Shown one piece after another: positions 12,881 to 25,733 of a stretch of 64,000 nt of DNA. The DNA is taken from contig NC_052157.1 in assembly GCF_902713615.1 (NCBI RefSeq), forward strand, positions 76,201,411-76,265,410, in the 5' to 3' direction. Position 1 is the first letter of the stretch; every line of letters begins with the position of its first letter. Below the pieces are notes generated by a model. The model did no database searches. It saw only the letters and a list, made by a program, of their open reading frames with translations, and had not been told where the DNA came from. This DNA is from Scyliorhinus canicula (Eukaryota). The position numbers and the translations under genes are program-made.

Positions 12881-13574
12881 CGGGCAGAAAATGTCTTAAA
12901 TAAATTAGCAAATTGCTGCACACCTGCATCCTTTAAAGCGTCTTGGCAGACTTGCAACTCTGGAATGGCAATACATGAGAGCTAAGCATGTTGTCAACAT
13001 TCCTCAGAGAAATCCCTTCCCCGATCCCCCCTCCCCAACCATGCCCAATCATCGAACTCTCCACTACACTGTTTATCAATTGCAGCACATAAAATGGCGT
13101 TCGAAAACCGCTCAAGGTATTCCCATGCAGCGACTGCATCTCGTACGTTCATTCGTTGCATTCGAAGCACCACTGTCAAGGTCAACAGCACGGTTACACT
13201 CAATGTTCTATGATTCATATTCGTACATCTCGAAGCTCATGTTTGACAGCCATTGTGTATTGCGTTTTAAGTAAAAGCAAAAGTTAATAATTACACCGTG
13301 CTGGAATTTCAGGATAATTCCGAGCCAGGCTGTATTTGAGTGCAGGTCCGCAGCGAAATGCAACTTTATCCTAAGTCCCGTCGGTAGACTTCTCCAAATG
13401 ATCAGCGGAATGGTGCTGAGTATGGTATTTGCATTGACTGTTTTTGAAAATTAAACTTGTATATAGCAGTGTAACTCACATATTTTTGGCGAGGTAAGAC
13501 TCATTTACTTGTTTGCGGCATTGCATCTTGCCAATGAATGATATACGGGTGAAGCCATATATTTACAGAGCCTA

Positions 13575-14227
13575 ATAAAATCAAAATAATAAATGCTGCT
13601 GAAAACTAGCCTTTCCGGGGGCATTTGAGGTGAGCAGCAGATGATCTAATTGCCGCTTCTCGAGTACTTTGTCCATAGTTTCCTATTTTTATTTAATATT
13701 CTCGGCGTCCCCAGGAGTATGCTCTTATTTCAAATAATAATTACAGTTCAGCTGGACATTACCTGTTTTTGCCTTCGTTCTGCCATTTTAACTTTTCATC
13801 ATAAGTTTGTTCAAATATGTATGTTGCAGTTCAGAATGTTCCGATACATCCCAGATCTAAAGGTGTTTGATCATTCTTATTATGGTACTTTGAGTATGTT
13901 ATAATCTCTCTATGTGCCACCAGCAGCACCATTCTTAGACATAATCAACCACATTTACGTTCCATCTGTCTTCTGTCCTCCACATGTTTGTCAATGTCTG
14001 GCCTTCTATCCGGCGGCATCGGTACATGAACCTCCTCACCCTCCACACAACAGTATCAATCTGCCCCATATGACGTTCTCTATCGATTTGACAAAGAGGC
14101 ATCAATACTCGAAACGTTAGTTCTCGCATATGTCCATCGATGCTGTCAGACCTGCTAAGATTGCCTAGTATTTTGTTGCTGCTGTTTTTGTTTCAGATTC
14201 CGACATCCGCCATAATTTGCTTTTATA
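13575..14227 (+). mobile_element. Penelope-like element remnant with degenerate hammerhead terminus
   Basis: 14085-14227 matches 50151-50282 and 61983-62105; a short degraded inverted copy may lie at ~13575-13640. Confidence 0.55.
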
Positions 14228-14974
14228 TTCGAAAAATTAGTATGACTTCGCTAGCCTCGACTGCTGGTTCGTGATGCAAGGCCAGCTAGCAGCGGTGGTT
14301 GCATTTACCGTGCCACCTGAATTTAATCCCTTCACACATATCAACCAGGATAGAATGGTGGAGGAGGCCCGATGTGCCCGAAGGCCTAATTCTGCTCGTA
14401 TATCGTATGAACCTGTGAACTATGACACTAAACACATTGCCTGAGGTGTGGGGAATGCGCTGGTTATATCACCAACACTCTGCTCTCCACTTCAAAGTGG
14501 AATGCAGAGAAGATTGTCCGACTCCCAAAGATTTACAGCACAACGCCCACGCTATCGATCAGCTGCCTCAATCCACCGTTGTTTCTGCAAAAAGGAGCCA
14601 CCAATTTACTTTCATTTATTATCCTCCAAGAAAGTAGGCCCTTCAGAAAGCATTGATGGCCATTCACTTCGAAATGAATTTGGCCCTGATTGCGTTTTGT
14701 ACACACCTACAGTGGTTTGTCGTTTCTTGCATCTGACGGCTAACTAGGTATCTATTCCGGAGTGTTAACCCACAATTAGGGCTTTTGGAGGGCGTTACCG
14801 TGTGAAAGCCAACTTGCTTGTCGACGTGAAAGCACAGCATGCTTTGAAGCGGGAAAATCGGACATGCTCACGAAGTTTCTGACGGAAATATTCTGAACCA
14901 CCACAGCTACCAAATGTCCCTTCATTTACATATATATCAGCAAAGCTGTCATTTCATCCACATTATAATTGTAA

Positions 14975-15248
14975 TAATAATAATAATCTATATTGCCACA
15001 AGTAGGGTTACATTAACACTGCAATGAGTTGCTGTGAGTAGCCCCTCTTCGCCACGTTCAGGCGCCTGTTCGGGTACACAGAGGGATAATTCAGAATGTA
15101 CAAATTACCTAATCCGGAAGTATTTCGGGGACTTGTAGGAGGAAACCGGAACATCCGGAGGATACCCACGCAGACACAGGAAGTACGTGCAGACTCCTGG
15201 GACTCTGGATCTGTGAAGCAACAGTGCTACTACTGTGCTACCGTGCTG
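14975..15248 (-). mobile_element. tRNA-derived SINE, family 2 (CTTCATTGCAGTGTTAATGTAA...CTTGTGACAATAAA tail)
   Basis: Reverse-complement match to 17189-17495. Confidence 0.8.
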
Positions 15249-15249
15249 C

Positions 15250-15348
15250 TATTATACAATACAACATAATACAATCTAATAGAATATAATACAATGTAAT
15301 ATAATATTATATATATATATATATAATATATATATCAGAGAGAGAGAG
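15250..15348. repeat. AT-rich, (AT)n and (AG)n microsatellite
   Basis: Directly visible. Confidence 0.85.
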
Positions 15349-15619
15349 TACTTCGGTTTAAGATGGATCAGTTGAATACCTCATGCACATGATTAGTTTA
15401 CACTTTATATAGATTGTCATTGCGCTCGCGCTTTTTATGATCCTGTATCTGAAAATGTGCTCTCTCAACGCTGACCTATCAATCACTGGAATATGCTTCT
15501 ACTGCAGCTAATGCTGACTGTATATTTCACCGAGTCGAATTGCAAAACGTCCAAGCGAATACAAAATAGACAATTTGAATTGAGCAACAACTCAATGGCC
15601 TATAAGTATTAAAAACTAC

Positions 15620-15646
15620 CGGCGTCTTTTGCTTTGATTTTTTCGC
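15620..15646 (-). CDS. Host gene micro-exon 9 (27 nt, GEKIKAKDA)
   Basis: ttcttttctttcacattgacaccggaacag|GCGAAAAAATCAAAGCAAAAGACGCCG|gtagtt; weak donor, but size, phase and heptad register fit. Confidence 0.62.
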
Positions 15647-17188
15647 CTGTTCCGGTGTCAATGTGAAAGAAAAGAATATAAAATGTATAATATTTTATGA
15701 GTTCGAGGAGTTGCATCACCGGTCAAATAACATTCCCAACTTGATGCTTGGTCGATTCAAGTTTATTAAAATTATTCGTCTGTCTGCGGAGCCGACTACT
15801 AGTTGAGGGCTATGCAACAAATAATGATGGCACATGATATATTGCGCCTAATTGGTTAGTTCGATTATTTTATATTTTGCGCAGTTTGGTTGTTTTGATT
15901 GAAGTAATCAGAATCTAAAGTCAGCCTTTCACCATTTAACTCGGGCTTGCGTTTATAGTTTCCTATTGAACAAAGAAACAAACATTTTCAAAATAATACG
16001 GCAAAACGACTGCCAAAAATAAATGCCCACCTAAATCTTTTCGAGATCTTTGGCAATCGTTCAGCTCTTTAATACATAAAATGAAAAGTCCAAATTGAAA
16101 TATCAGAAAAATGCCTGGTGTCGAGCAACTTATATTGTATACTTCGAGAGATTATGGTTACTATAAGATGTGTTGATGTCATGACTTGAGTGTGCAGGGC
16201 AGAATTTCACAATTCGTAAAAATCAACAAACTGTGAATTGCGAGAAAGACCAATAACGTACGTTAAAATATCTTAGAGGTCCTGAGTAATGGGATAACAC
16301 GTCACAGTTGATATTTTAGGGAGGCATATGAGTTGATCCATTTAGGCAAATAGGGCCAATGGACGACGTTGAACAACAATACAAGGCAGATTAATCTGTG
16401 GAGGGAAATGAGACGTATGTGCGTACAACCCCGTTGAACGAGGCAGAGAAAATCCAGGACGTAGTTCCTGAAGCACGCAGTATCTGGGATTTCTAAAATG
16501 AGCAATTAGGAACGAAAGCAAATAATTTGTGACAACCACACAGAAAGCGAAGTGTCTGCCTAACTTGGAAAATTGTGTCCATCTTTAGAGGTAACAGTTT
16601 TCAAGATCAGAGTACGTTAAAAGTCTTTGAGAATATTGTTTAGGGATGCTCAAGCACGAGGAAATATAGCAACGGGAGAGGACTGGGAAATATTGGGCCG
16701 CCCCACGGAAAAAAAACGGGGCTGAAATTAGTTTTGATGAAGCTATTAATTTTCATTAACGTGATCGAAATGCAAAATGTTTCACATTATAAATGGTCAG
16801 GAAACCGTAGACAATAATTTATTGTCAATTGGGGAATAACACGATTTCGTGGCTGAAGGAAAAATGTGCAGCGGATGAATACACTCCGGCATGTACTGCC
16901 TACGATTGTTTTTGAGGAATGCTCGTTAAATATAATTTGCAACACTGTTGCGAATGGTTAGAGGGATTGGAATAATTAATTATTCATTTAGACAGCGAGG
17001 TTCTGCATAAGATAATATAGTACAGCCTGCAATGTATTCGATCTACAAGAAATAACATTTTGATTTTTATTACAAAATCATAATTTCTGTTCCACTCGTG
17101 CAGTGTTCTCCCTCGCGGTTAGCTGCACAGGATAAACCTCCGAAGTAATGAGTGCGCATAGAGCTGTCTCCCTAGAATTGCCTGCTGA

Positions 17189-17495
17189 GCGGCACGGTAG
17201 CGCAGTGGTGAGTAATGTTGCTTCACAGTGCCAGGATCACAGTTCAAATTTCCAGCAATGGTCACTGTCTCCGCGGAGCCTGCACGTTCTCCACATGCCT
17301 GCGTGTGTTTCGTCAGGCTGCTCCGGTTCCTCCACAAGATCCGAAATACGTGCTTGTGAGGTGAATTTCACTTTCTGACCTCTCCCTCAGTGTATGCGAA
17401 CAGGTTGCCGAATGTGGCGACTGGGTTCTTTTCATATTGATTTAATTGCAGTGTTAATGTAAACCTACTTGTGACAATAAAGATCATTACTATAA
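17189..17495 (+). mobile_element. tRNA-derived SINE, family 2
   Basis: GCGGCACGGTAGCGCAGTGG head, conserved core, family-2 tail. Confidence 0.85.
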
Positions 17496-18086
17496 TATGT
17501 TGGAGGCGTGAGTAAATCCCTGGTGAAGAAGAACTCATTGTTATTCTTGACTCCGAATATGACTGATGTGCGAGATTCGGGATTAGCAGACTGGTTGGCA
17601 CTTACAACATCCGTATCATTATCGGATAACAGCGCGTTAATCGCTTTGTAGTTTAGGTTTCTCTGTTGGAAACTTCTACAGTCTCTGACACAAACCAACG
17701 AGGTGATAACCAGTATGTAATGTCAATGGGAAATTTGTTTATGATAGCTTCACCCACGACACGATTCAAGGAATCCTTTCATGCATTCATGCATTCCTTT
17801 CATGATGTCCTTTTTTAGCTTTGTGCAGTAACTTAGGAATCAAAATCACGTGTAATAAATGTCTGCGTTTTGATTTTCAGTTCGCAACAATTCACACACT
17901 TATGCCCTCCCGATTGAAAGGTGATAAATACATTTTACAGTTATGAATTCCTGGAAACACCAATCCTGCTCCCTCTGCACATTGCTACTCGCCAAACTGA
18001 ATGTGAAATTGCTCAGACATAAATAAGTAAATGCGTGACATATAAAGCGTGCCCGTCCAGTTGCACAAGAAGAAGTCTAATCTTAC

Positions 18087-18325
18087 CTGCAAGGGTAAAA
18101 ATCATAACTTCAATGACAAGAAAGGAAGACAATTTATTTGTTGGTTCTATTGCAGGAAGAAAAGTCGTTAAATAACCGTACATAGCTCCTCCTTCTTCGG
18201 TGTTCTGCTGTTCACATGGGTACGCGAGCGAGAGTCTGCGGATGATTTCCAGGGTTCCTTAAAAGCCTTTAAGCAAAAGAAAAACAATCATTTTATAAAG
18301 ATACCACCGCTTTCTACCTGATTGG
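18087..18325 (-). promoter_or_regulatory. Candidate internal promoter and phase-1 leader exon (MYGYLTTFLPAIEPTNKLSSFLVIEVMIFTLA)
   Basis: On the minus strand: CCAATCAG (18325-18318), TATAAAA (18297-18291), ATG at 18183, donor CAG|GTAAGA at 18087/18086. Confidence 0.35.
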
Positions 18326-18596
18326 ACCACTTTTTTCTTACTGATTGTCCAGGTTCCAAGGGAAAAAAGCATCAGGAAGGGACAATGGAACGATTCCAGA
18401 CACGATATGGCTATCTATCAAAAGTGGCAAGTGTGCTCAAAAGCGGCGCTCTACAGTAAATAAATGTCATGGTTTTTTGGACTGTGACGCGGTATTATCT
18501 CAAAACTGAAAACCACATTAGGTATAATGGTCATTGACCATCAAGGCAATACACTGATACCTGAGATGACAGAGGAGTGTATGTAACGGCAAATAG

Positions 18597-18835
18597 AAGC
18601 ATAGTGGTAGTTCGGCCACAGTCTGTGCAGTGTCTGCATGTTCTCCCTGTATCTGTGTGGTTTTCCTCTGGTTGGTCCAGTTTCCTCCCACATGTCCCGA
18701 AAGACGTGCTGTGAGGTAATTTTAACGTTCTCACTTCTCCCGGAAAATGCGCTGCAATGTGGCGACGAGCGCCTTTTCACTATAACTTCATTGCAGTGCT
18801 AATTCATGTCTGCTTGCGAAAATAAGGTTAATTAC
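18597..18835 (+). mobile_element. SINE family 2, degenerate
   Basis: Core and tail similar to 17189-17495. Confidence 0.75.
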
Positions 18836-19593
18836 TTAATTAATTTTGAAGTTGATTGCATGTATAATGCATAGTTACTCTGATTGCAGGCAAAATACGT
18901 TTTGACGTCAGCTTTCCTTTAATCAATTTAAATGTTAGTGTCTTAGAATCTGCTTTCCCTGACCTTTTTTTATTTTTTCTGTAAAAAAGCAAATGAAACT
19001 TAACGTGTACACGACGTACAGCGGAAATATTAGCCTTGTAAGTAAAATCGAATTAGCCAACAGCGCAGTGTCAATGGACACGTCATGAGGTAGAAATGTG
19101 GATATGTTGTGTCTGGAATGGTATAGTTCATTGTTCGTTGAAAACCCTGCACTCTATCTGCTGTTAACTGCTACAGTGCTACCTCTCTTTCGGACAAAAC
19201 AACAATAATTGTTCACAATTACTTTCCACGTACATCGGAGTAGTGGTATTCATGGGGAAAAAACGGCACGCCATGAAACATTAAGTCCACAACCGGGAAT
19301 TTATCTTACATTCCGTGCCGGGCTTCCCCAGATGTTTGCTTTACATAAAAGCTGATAACATTTAAAAAATGTAGTAAAGTGAAGACGACTCCGGACTTGC
19401 ATAACGTGTCGAATTTAATTGCGTCAATTCAATACCTACATTAATGATTTCAGTTTTGGATAGTTATGTATACCGAACTATAACATGTAGAAAGTACATT
19501 ATATGCCCAACCTAACATGTTCTAATTCACTGTAGTTAGAGCTACCGAACGTAATTATGGCAATAGATTGCTACTGCCCAATTCAATGTCATC

Positions 19594-19765
19594 AAATGAA
19601 AATTGTTTATTGTCACAAGTAGCTTCAAATGAATTTACTGTGAAAGCCCCTAGTCGCCACATTCCGGCGCTTGCTCGGGGAGGCTGGTACGGGAATTGAG
19701 CCGTGCTGCTGGACTGCCTTGGTCTGCTTTCAAAGCCAGCGATTTAGCCCGTATAAACCAGCCCA
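19594..19765 (-). mobile_element. Short tRNA-derived SINE (family 3) sharing its 3' tail with family 2
   Basis: Minus strand reads GGGCTGGTTTA...GGCTCAATTCCCGTACCAGCCTCCCCGAGCAAGCGCCGGAATGTGGCGACTAGGGGCTTTCACAGTAA; tail also seen at 27513-27610. Confidence 0.75.
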
Positions 19766-20053
19766 TTGCCAGCAACAAAATTCTAATATAATATGAAAGA
19801 CCCTGAACAATGACACTGTGATAAATTCGATGGTAAGAATCTAATGGATGTTTTAAGCGGGCATTACGACGCAGCAAACATCTGCTCTGCAAACCAAAGC
19901 AAAGCGGCTTAAAATCCATTATATATTTATAAACAGATTAATAATCCAGGATTGTATTTTACCTAAGGTACTTTACAAACACTGGGCCACTTGCATCATT
20001 GAAAGTAAAACGATCGAATGGAAATTTAAGAAAGCAACAAATAGTGTGGTCAC

Positions 20054-20090
20054 CTGAATCTTTTATGCTACTTTGGCATTTTGCTTAGCG
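20054..20090 (-). CDS. Host gene micro-exon 8 (37 nt as assembled; ALSKCQSSIKDS if one A is removed)
   Basis: cattatccattccag|CGCTAAGCAAAATGCCAAAGTAGCATAAAAGATTCAG|gtgacc; paralogous to exon 49606-49641 (DLSICQTSLKDL). Confidence 0.65.
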
Positions 20091-21077
20091 CTGGAATGGA
20101 TAATGTAACAGTTTTACACTTTACTGTTAAATAATTATGTTTGTAATTAGCCTTTCAACTTCTTAAAACTCCCTCATTTGGTAAGGTGTCACATTCTAGC
20201 ACATGTCCAATCGGCAATTAAACAGCAGAGGAGATTGATACAAATAAGAAATAAATGAACTGCACAGAAACAAGCATGTTGGCCCTTCACAACGGTGCGA
20301 CCATGCTGTCCGTTTTAATTAAAACTTTCGACATCTCCGGGGCTCTTATCCCTCTATTTCCACCCTTCTCATGTATTTGTCAAGACGCCATATAAAGGTT
20401 CCTATCGTACCTCCTTCCGCCTTGAACCTCAGTCAGCGAGTTCCAGCACCCCTACCCAATGGTATACTACTCTCGCAAATGGCCTCTACACATTGCTCCT
20501 CGTACCTTAAAGCTTTGTCCCATAATAATTGATTCTCACTTCCTTGGTAAAAGGTTCTGACTGTCCACTCTGTAAATGCACCTCATAATTCAGTAGAACT
20601 GTCGGTAGCCCCTCAATCTGCGGAGCTCCAGTGAAAACACACCGAGTTGACCTTAGCTTCATCATAGTTAGTGCCCTCCATACCATGGAACATCCTCGTA
20701 AGCCTCATCAGTACGCGCTCCAAAGCTTGCACCCACTTCTCACTCGTGGTGTGACCTACATTCAACGTATATTCCAAGCACGTCCGATCTGAGGCTCGAT
20801 ACATCTGCAACGTGATTTGTAGGTTTTCATTTACTCAATGCCCCGGGCGATACAGGCAAGCATACAATTTGCATTCCTGAATACATTCTCTACTTGCGTT
20901 GCCACTTTCAGTGACTTGTGGGCCTCTGCACCCTGATCTCTCAGTGTCAATACTTTTAGGAGTTCTACCATTTACTATATATTTCCCACCAGTATTAGAC
21001 CGTCCAAAAAGCATTGCCTCACGTTAGTCCATATTAAAGTCCATCTGCCATCTCTCCGCCCAAGTCATAAACGATCT

Positions 21078-23467
21078 TGTCATGGGTGAGTCCAAATTCC
21101 CTAACATTGACTGGAACCTCCTAAGTGCAAATGGTTTTAATGAAGCAGAGTTTGTCAGGTGTGTACAGGAAGGATTCCTGCCTCAAAATGCAGATGGGCC
21201 GATTGGGGAAGGCCAGACTGGACACGAGACGGGGTGTAAGATGCCACGGTGAGGAGCGTTTCGGTGACAGTGACCACAACTCCTTGACCTTTCCCACAGT
21301 CATGGAAGGGATATGAACACACAGTATGGGAAGTTATTTAACTGGGTGAGGGGACATTATACTGCTATTAGTCAGGAACTGAGGAGCATGTTCTTGGGGA
21401 AATACAAACAGTAATTGGGGATTGTTTAAGGAACACCTGCTGCGAGTGCTGAATAGTTTTTGTCCCACGAAGACGAGGAAGGATCTGATAAGGTGAAGGA
21501 ACCTTGGATGACAGGATAAGTGGAGCTTCTCGGCAAGAGGAAGAAGGAAGCTTATGTAAGGATGAGGAAGCAAGGATCTGACTCGACTCTATAGGGTTAC
21601 AAGATAGCCAGAAAGGAACTCAAAATGGATTGAGGAGTGTTAGAAGGGGCGTGTAGAAGCCCTGGCGGGAAGGTTTAGTTAAAACCCCAAGGCGTTCTAT
21701 ACACATGTGAGAAATAAGAGGATGATCAGAGTCAGAGTAGGACCGATCAGGGATAGTGGAGGGAACCTAAGGCTCGAGTCTTAAGAGATTGAGTAGGCCC
21801 TAAATGAATACTTTGCTTCACTAGAGACAGGGAACTGGTTGCCCATGAGAACAATGTGATCCAGTTTAACAACTCGAACAAGTTGACACTAAGAAGGAAG
21901 ATGTGCTGCATCTTTTGAAAAGCGTCAGGATAGATAAGTCCCGTGGGCCCTGACGGGATGTACCAAGGTTACTACAGGAATCGAGACAGGAAATTGCTGC
22001 GCCGTTGGCCATGATCTTTGCGTCCTCACTCTCCACTGGAGTGATACCGAATGATTGGAGGGAGGCGACTGTTGTACCCCTATTCAAGAAAGGGAATAGG
22101 AAAATGCCTGGGAATGACAGACCCATCAGTCTTACGTCAGTGGTGAAAAAATATTGGAAAGGATACTGAGAGATAGGATTGATAATCATTTAGAAAAACA
22201 TAGTTTCTGTAAAGGTCAGGGGCAGATCATGCCTCACATGCCTCATTGAATTCTTTGAGGATGTGACGAGAGACATTGAGGAAGGTATGGCAATTGATGC
22301 GGTGTGTATGGATTTCAGCAAGTCATTTGATAAGGTTCCCATGCCAGGATCATTCAGAAAGTTATGCGGCATAGGATACAGGGAAATTTGGTCGTCTGTA
22401 AACACAATTCGCTGGCCGAAAGAAGGCAGCGAGTGGGAGTGAATGGAAAATATTCCGCCTGGAGGTCGCTGACCGGTGGTGTCCCGCAAGGATCTGTTCT
22501 GGGGCCTCTGCTCTTTGTGTCTTTTATAAATGACATGGACGAGGAAGTGGAAGAGCTGGTTAGTAAGTCTGCCGATGACACAAAGGTTGATGGAGTTGTA
22601 GATAGTGTTTAGGGTTGTTGCAGGTTACAACAGCACATTGACAGGATGCAGAGCTGTGCTGACAAGTGGCAGATGGAGTTCAACCTTGTTAAATGTGAAG
22701 CGATAGCATTTACAAGGTCGAATTTAAATGCTGAATAGAGTTAAAGCCAGCACTCTTGGAAGGATGGAGGACCAGAGGGATGTTGGGGTCCACGAACATA
22801 GATCACTCAAAGTTGCCACCAACGTTGATAGGGATGTTAAGAAGACGTGTGTCGGCTTTCAATAACAGGGGGATTTAGTGTAAGAGGCGCGAAGTTTTGC
22901 TGCAGCTTTATAAAACTGGAATTAGACCACACTTCGAATACAGTGTCCAGTTCTAGTCGCCTCTTTATAGGATGGATTCTTTGGGGAGGGTTGAGATGAG
23001 ACTTACCAGGATACTGCCTGGACTGGAGGGCACGTTTTGTGAAGAAATATTGAGAGAGCTAGGGTTTTTCTCACTGGAGCGAAGAAGCCATCGCGGTAGG
23101 TTGATAGATGTGTACAATGTGATGAGTGGTATGAATAGAGTGGACAGTCTGAGACTTTTCCCCGTGGTGGAAATGGCTGTCAAGAGGGGACATAATTTTT
23201 AGGTGATTGAAGGAAGGTGTAGGGGAGATGTCAAAGGTAGGATCGTTACACAGAGAGTGGTGTGTGTGTGGAATGCACTGCAGCAGAGATGGTGACGTCA
23301 CAGTGATAGGAACATTTTAAGCGACTCTTAGACAGACACATGGACAGCGGTAATTTGAAGGATGTAGGTTAGTTTTTATCCTAGATTAGGATAAATGATC
23401 GGCACAGAATCGCGGGCTGAAGAGCCTGTACTATGCTGTGCTGTCCTACGATCTGTGTTCTATTTCT
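21078..23467 (+). mobile_element. 5'-truncated CR1 LINE nested in the older CR1
   Basis: [40 protein letters not shown] tail. Confidence 0.9.
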
Positions 23468-25733
23468 ATCTATATCCCGATGAATCCCCGGACAGTCCTA
23501 ATCGCGATCCACAATTTCTCGAACATGTGTGTCATCCGTACTTACTAAGGAGATCAATTATATTTCCCTGCAAATCATTTATATATTGTATAAATAACAA
23601 ATGTCTCAGCATTTATCCCGGTGGAACACCGCTAGTCACAGCACTCCATTGTGTAAAACTCTCTTCCCCTGCCACCTTCTGCTTTTGATGACTCCAATGC
23701 GACTTCACCTTCTGTACCAGACTGCCAAGAAGGACTTTGTAAAAGTCAATGCAGAAACAATCCACTGCTTTACCTTCACCCATCAACTTCGCCTCTTCCT
23801 CAAAAGCCACTGAAAAGTTAGGAAGGCACGACCACCCCTTCAGAATACCATACAGGCTCTCGGTAATATATCAATTTGCTTCCAAATGTGAGTATATCCT
23901 GTTGCGAATAATCCTTTAAAATAATTTCCCCTCCACTGATGTACGGCTCACTGGCCTTTATTTCCCTGGATTTTCAAAAATCATGAACCTTGGAACAATA
24001 CGAGTTATTCACCAGTCGTCAAGGACCTCATTTGGTGCCAGTGACGATACAAACATTTTTCGCAAGGCGCCAGCAATTTCCTCTCTTGCCTCCTTCAATT
24101 CTCCGGGGTAATTTCCATCAGGCCCTGGGGACTTACCTGCCTGAATGTTTTTTTTCAACACGCTCAAAAATCCTCTTGTGTGATCTCAATTTGTCGAAGA
24201 TATTTACACACCCTTCTCTAGGACTAATCATCCACGAATCATTTCGTTTGTAAAACACTGATGCAAAAATTTCAATTAGTGCTACACTCACTTCCTCTGG
24301 CTCCACACGTAGTTTATCTCCCCTTTCCTTCAGTGTGCCAATCCTATCCCTGCAGACCCCCTGCTCTTTAAATACGTATAATAAGCATTGTGAGTTTCCT
24401 TAGTCCTGTTTGAAACGAATTTTCGTGGCCTTTTAGCATTGTTGACAGCTTGCTTAAGTTTCTTTCCTACTTTCTGTATTTATGATTTGCTTCATCTGTA
24501 CCGAGATTTTTTAGCACTACAATGTTTATTTTATTTACTTTTGGACAAGGCTCACAATTTCCCTCACTTCCAAGGTTGCCAAAACTTGCCATACATACCC
24601 TTGCTCTGTTCACCAGGAACAATGCGGTGCTGAATCACTCTATCGACAGACATTTGAAAGGGCTCCCACATGCCAGCTGTGATTTACCCTCAACCATCCG
24701 CTCCAACGTAGATTCTCAGTTCCGTATTAATACTGCGAGAAATAGCCATCCCACAATAAAGACATTCAGCCGAAGGACCTAGTATTATTTTGTCCAACAG
24801 TAAACTTATATTTTACTGAATTGTAGTCACTGTTTCTGATCTGCTGTCTCCAGCAATTTAGACCAAATGGTCTGGCTCATTCCGCAAAGCAACTGCAGCA
24901 TGGTAACATTCCGTTGGAATTATTTATATATTGTTCCAGAAGCCCTCATGAATGCTCCTTGCAAACACTGTCACACCAAAAACCCGATCTCTGAGTGAGT
25001 CTCAGTCAAACTAGGAAAAGTTAAATTCACCCATCACATCAGTCTTGTTCATTATTACACCTTTCGAACATCTGCAGACATATCTGCCTCTTCTACCTCC
25101 CGCTGGTTGTTGGGAGTCTTGCAGCAAACCCATAACTTTGACAGCCCTTCGTATTCCTGAGCTCAACCCATATTGTCTCGTTGCATGAGCTCTCTGAGGT
25201 ATTCTCTCGCAGTACAGCTGTGATATTCTCTTTAACCAGTAATGCAACTCCCTTATCCCGTTTACATCCCCCTCTATCCCACCTGAAACAGCGAAATCTG
25301 AGAGCGTTTAGCTACGAATCCTGTCCCTCCCTCAGCCAAGTCTATGTAATGACAGGAACATCATATTTCCAATCATCAATCTATGCTCTACGGTCATAAG
25401 CCTTGTCTGTTTACTTTTTGCTTTGAAACAAATACACTTCACACCACCAGTCCCGTTGTGTCGGCAACATATCCCTGCCTGCTCACCGTATCCAGCTGGC
25501 CCTATTCTCTAATTCCCACTCAGTTATTTTCACCTTCCGACCTATTTCACCGGTCCCCGACCCCCTGCTAGTTTATCATGGATCGCATGGTTGTGAGGAG
25601 TGCAAGGGGGGGGGGGGGGTCAACATGCGCGTATTAAACCACCAAACCCCGCGGCAAGGATAGTATAGCTTTCAAGTTTAGATGCAATCCGTCATTCCTG
25701 TACAAGTCCCACCTACCCGCGGAAGGGATGCAG

